Origin: Bernardetia sp. OM2101
GTDB taxonomy: Bacteria > Bacteroidota > Bacteroidia > Cytophagales > Bernardetiaceae
Reading direction: 5' to 3'
NCBI RefSeq assembly: GCF_042180575.1
Contig: NZ_CP170094.1
Location: forward strand, 1,912,604-1,976,603
DNA length: 64,000 nt
Below, in pieces: positions 10,218 to 19,694 of this stretch (its first letter is position 1; every line of letters starts with the position of its first letter). Under the pieces are notes generated by a model, which was not told the origin of the DNA, ran no database searches, and saw only the letters and a list, made by a program, of their open reading frames with translations. Made by a program: the position numbers and the translations under genes.

Positions 10218-10895
10218 TTATTTTGCCAATTTACCTTCTTTGTTCTCAAAACGATAATCTATTTCAAGAAACTCTATTTTTCCTTTTTCTACTTTTGTAA
10301 TCAGTTTTGGCGCAGATGTAATTCCTTGTAAGAATACAAAACCATTAAAATCAATAATTTTATATTCTGACTCCCATTCGTAATCTCTGTCTAACGTTTT
10401 AGTTTTAACTAATCCATTTTCTTGATAAGTAAATCTATATTCTTTTACTTTTTCAATAGATTGAAATAAAGGTGCTTTTATTAATTCTTTTTTCAATTTA
10501 TTTACAGTTGTATTACTTGGTTTTTCATTCAATTTGACATAAGACAATGTATATCCTTTATAGTTTATTGTCAGTGAATCGTTTGTATGGACGGTCATTG
10601 TTTCTTCTTCATTCAGTTTGTATATTTTGTCATCTAAAGAAGTCAAGTTTAATGTGTCTCTATAAACAAATACATTAGTTTCACCACTTTTCATATTTAT
10701 TCTGTCTTGAGTTTCCATTCTATGAAACTGATTTGACGTTGTGCTATAAAGAAAAATCTGAACTTTTGCTTGTTCCATAAAATTTCCTAAAGAATCATAC
10801 ACTCCTTTTGTTCTCCATAATTTTCCAGTTTCAATATTTTGTCCAAAACTTAGAGTTGAGATAAATAGCATTAGTAATACAAGTAGATTTTTCAT
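10218..10895 (-). CDS. Hypothetical secreted protein (signal peptide)
   Basis: N-terminal MKNLLVLLMLFISTLSFGQ signal; no recognisable domain. Confidence 0.45.
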   Translation of the reverse strand: MKNLLVLLMLFISTLSFGQNIETGKLWRTKGVYDSLGNFMEQAKVQIFLYSTTSNQFHRMETQDRINMKSGETNVFVYRDTLNLTSLDDKIYKLNEEETMTVHTNDSLTINYKGYTLSYVKLNEKPSNTTVNKLKKELIKAPLFQSIEKVKEYRFTYQENGLVKTKTLDRDYEWESEYKIIDFNGFVFLQGITSAPKLITKVEKGKIEFLEIDYRFENKEGKLAK

Positions 10896-11087
10896 GTTTT
10901 TATAGTTAAATTTTTAAATAATATACAAATATAATAAATTAAGTTACGACCTAAGTGAAGTAGGATTATTGAATTTCTTTTCAATAATTTCAACTAGAAA
11001 CAAAATCTTTTTCTAAAGTATAAAACTAAAACCCTAAATTTGCAAGACACAAATTTTAAATAAATAATTTTGTGAAACTTATCCACT

Positions 11088-12170
11088 ATGAAAAACTACG
11101 TAAAATTCAAGCCTAAAGACAAAAGTTTATTCTTTCCGACCTTAAAAAAGAGAGTAGATGATTATTTTATTACCAACAATATTAGTAAAAATGCAAATAC
11201 AGGTATGGTAATCAAGACGATTATTTTACTATCTGCCTATATTTTACCTTTTATTTATATTTTAGCTTACAACCCTAGTTTTATCATTTCTACTGTTTTA
11301 TGGTCAATAATGGGACTAGGTATTGCAGGAATTGGGATGAGTGTGATGCATGATGCAAATCATGGTTCGTATTCTCGTTCGGAATGGATAAACAAACTCT
11401 TAGGCAATACACTTACTTTGGTAGGTGGCTCGGTCGATAATTGGAAAGTACAACATAATTTATTGCACCATACTTTTACAAATGTAGTTCATCAAGACGA
11501 TGATATTTCTGATAAATTTGTTTTGCGTTTTTCTCCCCATACAGAAGTAAAGTGGTTTCACAAATATCAATATATTTATGCTTTCTTTTTTTATGGATTA
11601 CAAACTATTTATTGGGTTTTTGTAAAGGATTTTCTTCAATTTAAGCGTTATGTCATAAAAGGAGAAAAAAAATGGTTTACATTTATCAAATTAATTTTAT
11701 CCAAGATTATATATACTTTTGTAATCATATTACTTCCTATTGTATTTTTTGATATTCCTGTTTTGAATGTAGCCATAGGTTTTTTGGTCATGCAATTTGT
11801 AGCAGGATTAGTCCTAACAGTTATTTTTCAGTTGGCGCATACTGTTGAAGGAACTACACATCCATTGCCTAACGAAAAAAATGAAATTACACAAGATTGG
11901 GCAATCCATCAAATGAACACAACCGTAGATTTTGCACCAAAAAACAAGCTGCTCTCGTGGTATATTGGAGGTCTGAATTTTCAAGTAGAACATCATTTAT
12001 TTACCAAAATTTGTCATATTCATTATCCTGAAATCTCTAAAATAGTACAACAAACGGCTGCTGAATTTGATATTCCTTATTTAATGAATGAAAGTTTTTC
12101 TGATGCACTTATTGCTCATATAAACGCACTCAAAAGATTTGGCAAAGAAGAAAGTGGATTGTTGATTTAA
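11088..12170 (+). CDS. Membrane fatty-acid desaturase (three histidine boxes)
   Basis: HDANHG, HNLLHH and QVEHHLF histidine boxes with hydrophobic segments. Confidence 0.85.
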   Translation: MKNYVKFKPKDKSLFFPTLKKRVDDYFITNNISKNANTGMVIKTIILLSAYILPFIYILAYNPSFIISTVLWSIMGLGIAGIGMSVMHDANHGSYSRSEWINKLLGNTLTLVGGSVDNWKVQHNLLHHTFTNVVHQDDDISDKFVLRFSPHTEVKWFHKYQYIYAFFFYGLQTIYWVFVKDFLQFKRYVIKGEKKWFTFIKLILSKIIYTFVIILLPIVFFDIPVLNVAIGFLVMQFVAGLVLTVIFQLAHTVEGTTHPLPNEKNEITQDWAIHQMNTTVDFAPKNKLLSWYIGGLNFQVEHHLFTKICHIHYPEISKIVQQTAAEFDIPYLMNESFSDALIAHINALKRFGKEESGLLI

Positions 12171-12205
12171 AAAAATAAGTGTGCTGTTGTTTGGTCTAAA
12201 CTATT

Positions 12206-12245
12206 GTCAGAGTTATTTTGGATTACCAAAAACTACTGACAAAGT
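12206..12245. repeat. REP-like palindromic element, inverted copy of the 172-215 element
   Basis: ttgtcagagttattttggattaccaaaaactactgacaa is the reverse complement (with few mismatches) of the element at 172. Confidence 0.6.
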
Positions 12246-12300
12246 TTTCCTGTTGATTTGAATATATTCATCCAATTTTATAAATTCAATACTCATTTTC

Positions 12301-12702
12301 TTATAAAACCTGCTCTTTAAATATCGTTTCTAATGCTTTTTTGGGGTCACTATCTAATCCAGAGTAGGTTTTAGAACTTTGAATGATTGTGCTTCTGCTG
12401 GCTGTTAGCCATCCAAAACGTTCGGATAATTCTAATTGACCTATTTTTCCACTGGCAGAATTTCCTTCACAAACCAGTTTCCAAGCCTTTAAATAATCAT
12501 TCAATAATTCTAATTCTATTTCACATGAAAATGTCTTTAATTTTGTTTCATTAATAGTGTATTTGATGTCTAAAAACTTTTTTCGTTTACAAAAAACGAT
12601 AACACCTACATTAAAGAATTCTTCTCGTTCTACTTTTGGAACAATACGAATGATGGCGTATTTGAAGGTAAATTTGTCTTGTATATTTTGCCTATCTTGC
12701 AT
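12301..12702 (-). CDS. DUF3037 domain protein
   Basis: 133-aa protein with ...YAIIRIVPKVEREEFFNVGVIVFC... typical of DUF3037; overlaps the upstream HipA-like gene by 11 nt, suggesting an operon. Confidence 0.55.
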   Translation of the reverse strand: MQDRQNIQDKFTFKYAIIRIVPKVEREEFFNVGVIVFCKRKKFLDIKYTINETKLKTFSCEIELELLNDYLKAWKLVCEGNSASGKIGQLELSERFGWLTASRSTIIQSSKTYSGLDSDPKKALETIFKEQVL

Positions 12703-13477
12703 AATTAGCTTCTTTAACTAATAAGTCAATATTAGAGAGTTTGGTAGTTATAAATTCGATATAGGCTTCTCTCATTTCTTGTGGACTTAAACTGATAGAT
12801 TCACTCATCAACCAATCTTCTGGAATAGTCGATACAATATCAATAATTACATCTTTACTTAATAACTGCTTAATTTCGGTTGCAGCCTCAGTTAGTTTTT
12901 CGGCTTTACTTAAAAGAACGTGGTCTTTAATGAGTGGGAATGTTCTTGTCAGATGACTTTTCCAATTATCCCAGTTGTGATGAAAATAAAAACTAGCTCC
13001 ATTGTCGATTATCCATAATTCATTATTCCAATGTAATAGGTTTGTATTTTTATCTGTTCGGTCGATATTACTGATAATACTATCCAAAATTACTACTTTA
13101 GAAGCAATCATTTTATCTACATCATTTACTAAAGGGTCGTAGGTAATAGCAGACGATAAAAACTGCAAACCAAGGTTTAGACCAACACTAAATTTGAGTA
13201 AATCTTGAATTTCTTCATCAGGCTGACTCTTACTAAATGATTCATCAAGATTCATAAATACAAGTTCAGGAACTTTCAAGCCTATTGCTCGTGCCATTTC
13301 GCCACCAATAAATTCTGCGATTAAAGCCATTTTTCCTTGTCCTGCACCTCTAAATTTTAGGACATACAAAAAATCATCATCACCTTTGACAATAGCAGGA
13401 AGCGAACCACCTTCTCGTAAAGGTTGCAAATATTGAATAACATCTATGGTTCGAATATCTAATTTTTTCATCAACAA
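12692..13477 (-). CDS. HipA-like kinase-fold protein (DUF3037 partner)
   Basis: Catalytic-loop-like NIDRTDKN and metal-binding IDNG motifs resembling HipA/PI3-4K-like kinases; G-rich loop KFRGAGQGKMA near the N-terminus. Confidence 0.5.
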   Translation of the reverse strand: MLMKKLDIRTIDVIQYLQPLREGGSLPAIVKGDDDFLYVLKFRGAGQGKMALIAEFIGGEMARAIGLKVPELVFMNLDESFSKSQPDEEIQDLLKFSVGLNLGLQFLSSAITYDPLVNDVDKMIASKVVILDSIISNIDRTDKNTNLLHWNNELWIIDNGASFYFHHNWDNWKSHLTRTFPLIKDHVLLSKAEKLTEAATEIKQLLSKDVIIDIVSTIPEDWLMSESISLSPQEMREAYIEFITTKLSNIDLLVKEANYAR

Positions 13478-13629
13478 AAATACTCAAAATATAAATCTTT
13501 TTACAACTATTTTCAAAATCTGATTGCAGTTTTTACTTTATTTCATTTCTAATGATTCCATTTCAGTAAAATTATCAAAATTTTAAACTTCAATTTAGAA
13601 TTTCTAAAAGTCCTAATAATTAATTACAG

Positions 13630-13810
13630 GCAAATGCTAGGGCAAACGCACGAAAATAAAATGTGTGATTTTACACTCTTTTTGACCTATTTTTTTAGTT
13701 TTAAAATTCAAGCGAGGACGCTTGAATTAGACAAAAACTGGTTTAAGCGTCCTCGCTTGAACCAATTCTTAAAAAATAAAATTTCGTGCGTTTGCCTTAG
13801 GCAAATGCTG
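13630..13810. repeat. Nested palindromic element of about 180 bp in a divergent intergenic region
   Basis: Outer arms ggcaaacgcacgaaa / tttcgtgcgtttgcc plus repeated ggcaaatgc; inner hairpins ttcaagcgaggacgcttgaa and ttaagcgtcctcgcttgaa (reverse complements of each other). Confidence 0.8.
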
Positions 13811-13888
13811 TATTTAGACCAAAAACTAAATTTTATCCTTATTTTTGATATTCTGTTTAAATTGTTTTCGTTTTCTTACCTCATTCAC

Positions 13889-15133
13889 ATGTCAAAATTC
13901 TCTTTCATTGTTCCTTATCGCAACCGAGACACAAAAATAGCCAAACGCTGTTTGCTTTCTCTTCAGCATCAAAAACTCATTCAAAGAAATGATACAGACT
14001 ATGAAGTCATTTTTATAGATTATGGAAGTGATATTTCTATTTCGGATGAGTTAGAAGATTTTTGTGAAAATTTGGATAAAGTAAATTATGTTTTTAATGA
14101 AGTAAGAGGAATGTTTTGGTCACGTTCGGCTTCTATCAACAACGGCATTTATTTAGCAAAAGGAGAATATTGTATTATTGCTGATGTAGATATGATTTAT
14201 TCACCTAATTTTTTGGAAGAAGTCGATAAAAACGCAACTCAAAATACACTTTTGCATTATCAATGTTTTTATTTGAATGAAGACTTTGAGTATGATAAAT
14301 ATCAGGAAAATCATAGCTTAAATATTGAAAATCCGAATCAATTTGAAAAGAGTAGTAAAGAATCGGCTATGGGAATTGTCGTTATTCCAACAGAAAAACT
14401 AAAAAAAATAGGAGCTTTTGATGAATATTTTAGGCTTTGGGGAATAGAAGATAAAGATTTGAATAGACGATTATTGAACTATAAGTATGAGAAAAATAAA
14501 GATAAAAAGTTAGAAATGAAATGGCTCAATGCTGAAAAATCGCCTGTTTTTCATCAATGGCATCCAGCAGCAAATAATCCATTAGCACAACCAAAAGGCT
14601 GGGAAAAAATCGTAATTGACCATTATCACAATAAATATGATAAGCCAGAACTTACTATTCACACGAAAACAAATGGAATAGAAATAGGAAAAGTTTATAC
14701 AAAAGAAGAACGTCCTGCATTAAAAGTGTATGAAAGTACTCAATTAGATTCTAACCTCATTATTACTAATTATAGTTTTGAGTTTCCTATCGAAAAAGCC
14801 TATTCTTCTTTTGCAAGTCAGTTTATGAAATTAGAAAAAAACGAACCTCTTATTCTAAACCAATCCTTTTCTTTAATCGATGAAAAAGCAACCAGTAAAG
14901 CTGCAAAAGGAGTAAAGAAAATAAATACGCTTTTAGAAAAAGTAAAGGTTTCATACAGAATGACCGAACTTTTGAAACATACTTACGGAAATATAGATTT
15001 TTATCAAGTTCGTGATTTTCTATTTTATTTTATCGTCGATTTTGAGAATTTTATTGAAGATTATTATTACAAACAAGAAAATGGAAAAAATGGAAAGCCT
15101 GAAAAAATCACATTGATTTTATTCAAAAAGTAG
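13889..15133 (+). CDS. Family 2 glycosyltransferase. The start is placed at MSKFSFIVPYRNRD; the ORF-track start at 13634 runs through the palindromic element and is unlikely
   Basis: FSFIVPYRNRD N-terminus and DVDM (DxD) motif of GT2 enzymes. Confidence 0.65.
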   Translation: MSKFSFIVPYRNRDTKIAKRCLLSLQHQKLIQRNDTDYEVIFIDYGSDISISDELEDFCENLDKVNYVFNEVRGMFWSRSASINNGIYLAKGEYCIIADVDMIYSPNFLEEVDKNATQNTLLHYQCFYLNEDFEYDKYQENHSLNIENPNQFEKSSKESAMGIVVIPTEKLKKIGAFDEYFRLWGIEDKDLNRRLLNYKYEKNKDKKLEMKWLNAEKSPVFHQWHPAANNPLAQPKGWEKIVIDHYHNKYDKPELTIHTKTNGIEIGKVYTKEERPALKVYESTQLDSNLIITNYSFEFPIEKAYSSFASQFMKLEKNEPLILNQSFSLIDEKATSKAAKGVKKINTLLEKVKVSYRMTELLKHTYGNIDFYQVRDFLFYFIVDFENFIEDYYYKQENGKNGKPEKITLILFKK

Positions 15134-15143
15134 TTTATATTAA

Positions 15144-16463
15144 CTATACCAATTCAGAAACAGGCAAAACATTTACAGTTAGATTGGAATTAGACAAATC
15201 AATATCTTTCAATTCTACTTCTTGAAGTGTATTAGGCAAAGAAACATTATAGGCTTGATTTACACGAACATAATTTTCTGTAAATCCAAAGATTTTGTCT
15301 TCTTTGACTTCATTTTCCCACAAAACTATCTTGGCTTTTCCTAATTGAGATTGGTAAAAATAATTTCGTTTTTTATCAGAAAGACTATGTAACATCTTCG
15401 AACGCTCGGCACGAACTTTTTTAGGAACTGCATTTTTCATATCAGCAGCCTTTGTATTTTGGCGTTCTGAATAAGTAAAAACATGCAAATAAGAAATATC
15501 TAAGCTATGCAGAAAATTATATGTTTCCATAAAATGTTCTTCACTTTCGCCTGGAAAACCAACAATTACATCGACACCAATACACGCATCAGGCATTAGA
15601 TTTTTAATTTTTTCTATTCTTTCACTATACAAACTCGTTTTATAACGACGACGCATAAAACGCAAAATCTCATCGCTACCCGACTGTAAAGGAATATGAA
15701 AATGAGGCACAAACCTTTTAGAATTAGCTACAAATTCGATAATTTCATCAGATAATAAATTAGGTTCGATAGACGAAATACGAAAGCGCTCAATTCCTTC
15801 TACTTTATCCAGTTCTTGTACAAGTTCGAAAAAAGTATGAACACGCTCATTGTTTATCAAGCCATAATCACCTGTATTTACACCTGTCAAGACAATTTCT
15901 TTTACTTTTGTAGCTGCAATTTCTCTTGTAGCTTTCAAAATATTTTCTACTGTATCACTTCTGCTATTTCCTCTAGCAAGTGGAATCGTACAAAAAGCAC
16001 AATTATAATCACAACCATCTTGAACTTTCAAAAATGTACGTGTACGGTCGCCGAATGAATAAGCTGTATTAAAATCAGTCGCTTGTGAAATTTCAGAAGC
16101 GCAAAGTTGAACAGTATCTTTTTGCTCAAAATCATTCAAAACTTCAAACAAACGGAATTTTTCGGCTGCTCCCAAAACGGCATCAACACCTTTTATAGTA
16201 GCAATTTCTTGTGGTTTGAGTTGAGCATAACAACCAATAATAATTACAAAAGAATTTGGCGATGTTTTTTTAGCTTGTTTTACAATCTGCTTACACTTTT
16301 TATCTGCGTTTTCTGTAACCGAACAGGTATTGATGACAAAAATATCTGGATTTTCAGCAAATTCGACACGCTCATAACCACGCTCTTCAAACTGACGGGC
16401 AATAGTTGAGGTTTCAGAAAAATTGAGTTTGCAACCCAAGGTGTAAAAAGCTACTTTACGCAT
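15144..16463 (-). CDS. mtaB: Radical-SAM tRNA methylthiotransferase, MtaB-like
   Basis: N-terminal MTTase domain (YTLGCKLNFSE), radical SAM CDYNCAFC (CxxxCxxC) and TRAM-like C-terminus, 439 aa. Confidence 0.7.
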   Translation of the reverse strand: MRKVAFYTLGCKLNFSETSTIARQFEERGYERVEFAENPDIFVINTCSVTENADKKCKQIVKQAKKTSPNSFVIIIGCYAQLKPQEIATIKGVDAVLGAAEKFRLFEVLNDFEQKDTVQLCASEISQATDFNTAYSFGDRTRTFLKVQDGCDYNCAFCTIPLARGNSRSDTVENILKATREIAATKVKEIVLTGVNTGDYGLINNERVHTFFELVQELDKVEGIERFRISSIEPNLLSDEIIEFVANSKRFVPHFHIPLQSGSDEILRFMRRRYKTSLYSERIEKIKNLMPDACIGVDVIVGFPGESEEHFMETYNFLHSLDISYLHVFTYSERQNTKAADMKNAVPKKVRAERSKMLHSLSDKKRNYFYQSQLGKAKIVLWENEVKEDKIFGFTENYVRVNQAYNVSLPNTLQEVELKDIDLSNSNLTVNVLPVSELV

Positions 16464-16492
16464 AAATTAATTACGAATTACGAATTACGAAT
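16464..16492. repeat. Short array of ATTACGA/TTCGTAA-type heptamers
   Basis: attacgaattacgaattacgaatt read directly; same family as 31931-32070, 55048-55198, 55560-55640 and 61620-61656. Confidence 0.8.
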
Positions 16493-16733
16493 TTGATGTA
16501 GTAATTATCTACAGTTCGTGTTCTTATTATTAAATTATTGTTCGTGTTTTAATGATAGCAACACCAACAAGTAAGAAAGTCTGATCTAGTTACAGCAAAG
16601 GTACGAAATAAAATAAAATTTGCATTTATGAAAAAATACACTTTTATTAGCTAGGCTAAACAAAAATGTAAAAACTGAACTTATTTTTCAAAGAATTAGT
16701 TTGATTTTTATAAACCTTTTAAGTCTGTAAAAT

Positions 16734-16781
16734 GGGGATTTAGCTCAGTTGGCTAGAGCACTTCGCTAGCAGTGAAGGGGG
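16734..16781 (+). tRNA. tRNA-like 5' portion (acceptor strand, D-arm, anticodon arm) interrupted by an IS
   Basis: GGGGATT-TA-GCTCAGTTGGCTAGAGC-A-CTTCG-CTAGCAG-TGAAG gives a canonical 5' acceptor strand, D-arm and anticodon arm; followed directly by the IS left inverted repeat. Confidence 0.4.
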
Positions 16782-17957
16782 CAGTGATGTTAAGTTCTAA
16801 TTGATTTTGTATTTTTGTTTTTTTATTGACAGAATAAAATTTGGTTTATGGAATTTAGTGACTTTATCAGAAACATGGAAGATAGCCGTAGAAGTCAAGG
16901 TCAGCGTTACTCTTTTGAATCTATGATGTGGATGATTTTTTTGAGTATTGCTTGTGGCTATGAGAGTAGTCGTAAAATGGCTACTTTTTGTATTTCTTAT
17001 CAAGACGTATTTATAGATTATTTTGATTTAAAACATGGTACTCCTAGTTATGGCACTTTTCATACTTTTTTATCTTATTTAGATAGTTTATCTTTTGCAG
17101 CCTCTTTTAATACTGTTATGCTTTCTCATTCGGAATTAGAAAAAGGAGATTGGATAGCAGGAGATGGACAAACTCTATGTTCTACCGTTAGTTCTTCTCA
17201 TACAAGCAAACAAGATTATGTTAGTGTAGTGAGTTTATTTTGTCAAAAAACAGGTTTGAGTATTTTATTGAAAGATTATATGAATAAAGATAAACAAGAA
17301 TCAGAAGCTAAAATAGTTTTAGAGTTACTACTTAAGAATTTGAAAGACAAAGGCTTAATGTTTACATTGGATGCTCTACATTGCCAAAAAAAACATTAAA
17401 AAGTATTGTCGCTAGTGGAAATGACTTTACAGTTCAAGTAAAAGGAAATACTCCAAAGTTACTAGCTAGTTTAGAAACTACACTACTTACTACTACTCAT
17501 AGAGACACTCACATTATAGAAAAAAAAAGAATGGCATAAAAACAACTTGGCAATGCTACTGCTACGATTATGTGCAAAAAGTGAAAGAATGGCAGTGCAT
17601 TGAAACAATTATCGTAATTTATAAAACAGTTATTGAACCTACTAAAGTAACTCCTACTCGTCGTTATTATGTTTCAAATAAAAAACTAGAAGAGGGATTC
17701 TCAGCCAAGTCATTTAATGTAGGTATTAGAGGGCATTGGGATATTGAAAATAAAGCACACAGAAATAAAGATATTGTATTCAAACAGGATGATAACAAAG
17801 TTAAAAATAGTAAACATGCAGTAAATAGAGCTATTTTCAATACTATAGCACTCAATTTCCTAATAGATAAATATTCTGAAAATGTAATGTATAACCAAAT
17901 TTTATTTCGTACACAGTTTCAAAAAATATGCTTTAAAAAGAGAACTTAACATCACTG
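16782..17957 (+). mobile_element. ISAs1-family insertion sequence (about 1.18 kb) with 16-bp terminal inverted repeats and a 10-bp target duplication GTGAAGGGGG
   Basis: Left IR cagtgatgttaagttc (16782-16797) and right IR gaacttaacatcactg (17942-17957); gtgaaggggg repeated at 16772-16781 and 17958-17967. Confidence 0.8.
16848..17949 (+). pseudogene. ISAs1-family (H-repeat-associated) transposase, disrupted by frameshifts or stops
   Basis: N-terminal DDE_Tnp_1-assoc-like domain (..RRSQGQRYSFESMMWMIF..). The central segment ..SGNDFTVQVKGNTPKLL.. lies in another frame, and the C-terminal ..IRGHWDIENKAHRNKD.. piece in a third ORF. Confidence 0.75.
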
Positions 17958-17967
17958 GTGAAGGGGG

Positions 17968-17993
17968 GCATCGGTTCGAATCCGATATTACCA
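17968..17993 (+). tRNA. tRNA-like T-arm and 3' segment downstream of the IS (GCATCGG-TTCGAAT-CCGAT-ATTACCA)
   Basis: Canonical T-stem/loop GGTTCGAATCC; however the 3' strand ATTACCA does not pair with the 5' GGGGATT, so the two pieces do not reconstitute a clean tRNA. Confidence 0.3.
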
Positions 17994-18194
17994 TAGTTTT
18001 CAAAGGCTAATATCGCCATTTTCGATGTCCCTACTGATGATAACTTACAAAAAAAATAAAACATGATTAAATATCCTACTTTGTGTAACACCATTTAAAA
18101 AAAGAATTAGAAAGTGAGAATTTAAACTATCAAGACAACTTTGAGATATCAGACATAATTTGCTCAGTTACTTATTCTAATAATGACTTGAAAT

Positions 18195-19130
18195 TTATTC
18201 ATCATCTTCATCATCGTCTTCTTGCATAGCTGCAAGTTCTGCTCGTTTGGCAATTACGCCACGTTCTACATATTCGACTATTTTTGTAGCAATATCTACT
18301 TGTGTAGCCGTTTCTATTCCTTGCAAACCAGGAGAAGAATTTACTTCCAAAACCAAAGGTCCTCTATCGGAAATCAAAATATCTACACCAGCAACAGAAA
18401 GTCCCATTACTTTAGCAGCTTTTACGGCTGTTTTGCGTTCTATTTTTGAGAGTTCTATGATATTACTTTGCCCTCCTCTATGAAGGTTTGAACGAAACTC
18501 TCCTTCTTTTCCTTGTCGTTTCATCGAACCAACTACCTTTCCGTCCACTACAAAAGCACGAATATCAGCACCTCCAGCTTCTGCAATAAATTCTTGAATC
18601 AAAATATTAGCTTTCAAACCAGAAAATGCTTCGATAGTTGATTTTGCAGCTTGTGCTGTATCTGCCAAAACAACACCTAATCCTTGTGTTCCTTCTAAAA
18701 GTTTTATCACAACAGGTGTTCCTCCTACTTCACTAATAAGCATGTCGACTTCTTTGTCTTTTGGAAATTTAGCAAAAACCGTTTTAGGAATTCCGACACC
18801 TATTTTTGATAATAATTGAAGGCTACGAAGTTTGTCCCTAGATTGTGAAATACTTTGTGAACTATTGGCACAAAAAGTATCTCGCATTTCAAACTGACGA
18901 ACTACGGCTGTTCCGAAATAAGTAACAGATGCTCCAATTCTTGGAATAATGGCATCGTATTGACCCAGTAATTTTCCTTTGTAATAAATTGTTGGAAGTC
19001 CTTTTTCCATTCCAAAATGACATTTGGTATGGTCAATGACTCTAGCTGTATGCCCTTTTTGTTTGATGGCTTCGATGAGCCTACGTGTAGAATACAAAGT
19101 ATCACTTGTAGAGAGAACTGCAATTTTCAT
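18195..19130 (-). CDS. rimK: RimK-family ATP-grasp alpha-L-glutamate ligase; start placed at MKIAVLST
   Basis: ATP-grasp motifs and an acidic tail ...EDDDEDDE; its ATG overlaps the stop of the upstream gene (ATGA at 19127-19130). Confidence 0.8.
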   Translation of the reverse strand: MKIAVLSTSDTLYSTRRLIEAIKQKGHTARVIDHTKCHFGMEKGLPTIYYKGKLLGQYDAIIPRIGASVTYFGTAVVRQFEMRDTFCANSSQSISQSRDKLRSLQLLSKIGVGIPKTVFAKFPKDKEVDMLISEVGGTPVVIKLLEGTQGLGVVLADTAQAAKSTIEAFSGLKANILIQEFIAEAGGADIRAFVVDGKVVGSMKRQGKEGEFRSNLHRGGQSNIIELSKIERKTAVKAAKVMGLSVAGVDILISDRGPLVLEVNSSPGLQGIETATQVDIATKIVEYVERGVIAKRAELAAMQEDDDEDDE

Positions 19131-19561
19131 TTCTTTTTCTTGGGTAGAGGCAATAAATAGGTTTGTGAACAATCTACCAAAAAACGTTTGCTTAATAACT
19201 TTCTACCAAGCAAAATTGGGTAGCGCATGTTTTTTCGGTTTGTAAGTGTAAAATAGGTCTTATAATCGCTTCGTCCGATACGTACACGAGTATGGATTTT
19301 GTAACGAGTTTGTGCTACTCCGTTTGAGCTACGCACTTTGGCTTGAGAAAACTCCTCCAATTTATATTCTTTTTCTTGATAATCTTCATGAGTGGGATCT
19401 AAAATCGAAAAACACAAAAACTGTTTTCCTTCTTCTTCTATTACCCTAATATTATGACAATGTAGTGAAGAGGTATAAGCTCCTGTATCTGTTTTGGCAT
19501 CTATTAAAGGAACTCCCAAATCAGTCAGTCCCACTTCTTCTACTCTTCCAATAATTTCCAT
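19127..19561 (-). CDS. RimK-associated putative ATP-dependent zinc protease (retropepsin-like, DUF785/Zn_protease family)
   Basis: 144-aa protein with ..[14 protein letters not shown].. immediately upstream of rimK and translationally coupled to it, the usual partner arrangement. Confidence 0.65.
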   Translation of the reverse strand: MEIIGRVEEVGLTDLGVPLIDAKTDTGAYTSSLHCHNIRVIEEEGKQFLCFSILDPTHEDYQEKEYKLEEFSQAKVRSSNGVAQTRYKIHTRVRIGRSDYKTYFTLTNRKNMRYPILLGRKLLSKRFLVDCSQTYLLPLPKKKK

Positions 19562-19694
19562 TTTATGCTCGTTTTTTTGTAAAAATTTTCAAAATTATAA
19601 TCTAAAACTTACTAATTTGTTTAGCTTTACAGAAAATCAATTAGGAATAGAATTAAATACCAACAACTACTATTTTATCAAAAAAGCTCAATGT

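Noticed and set aside
13634-13888. Upstream extension of the glycosyltransferase ORF to 13634 (499-aa version)
   Set aside because: The extension reads straight through the nested palindromic element and the divergent promoter region. The canonical GT2 N-terminus begins at the Met at 13889.
16734-17993. Simple model that the IS split an intact tRNA which is restored by precise excision
   Set aside because: After removing the IS and one copy of the target duplication, the 3' acceptor strand (ATTACCA) does not complement the 5' strand (GGGGATT), so I cannot call an intact tRNA or assign an isotype (apparent anticodon AGC would be atypical for bacteria).
19127-19130. ATGA overlap between the Zn-protease-like gene and rimK as something unusual
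   Set aside because: Translational coupling of rimK with its DUF785 protease partner is the common, expected arrangement.
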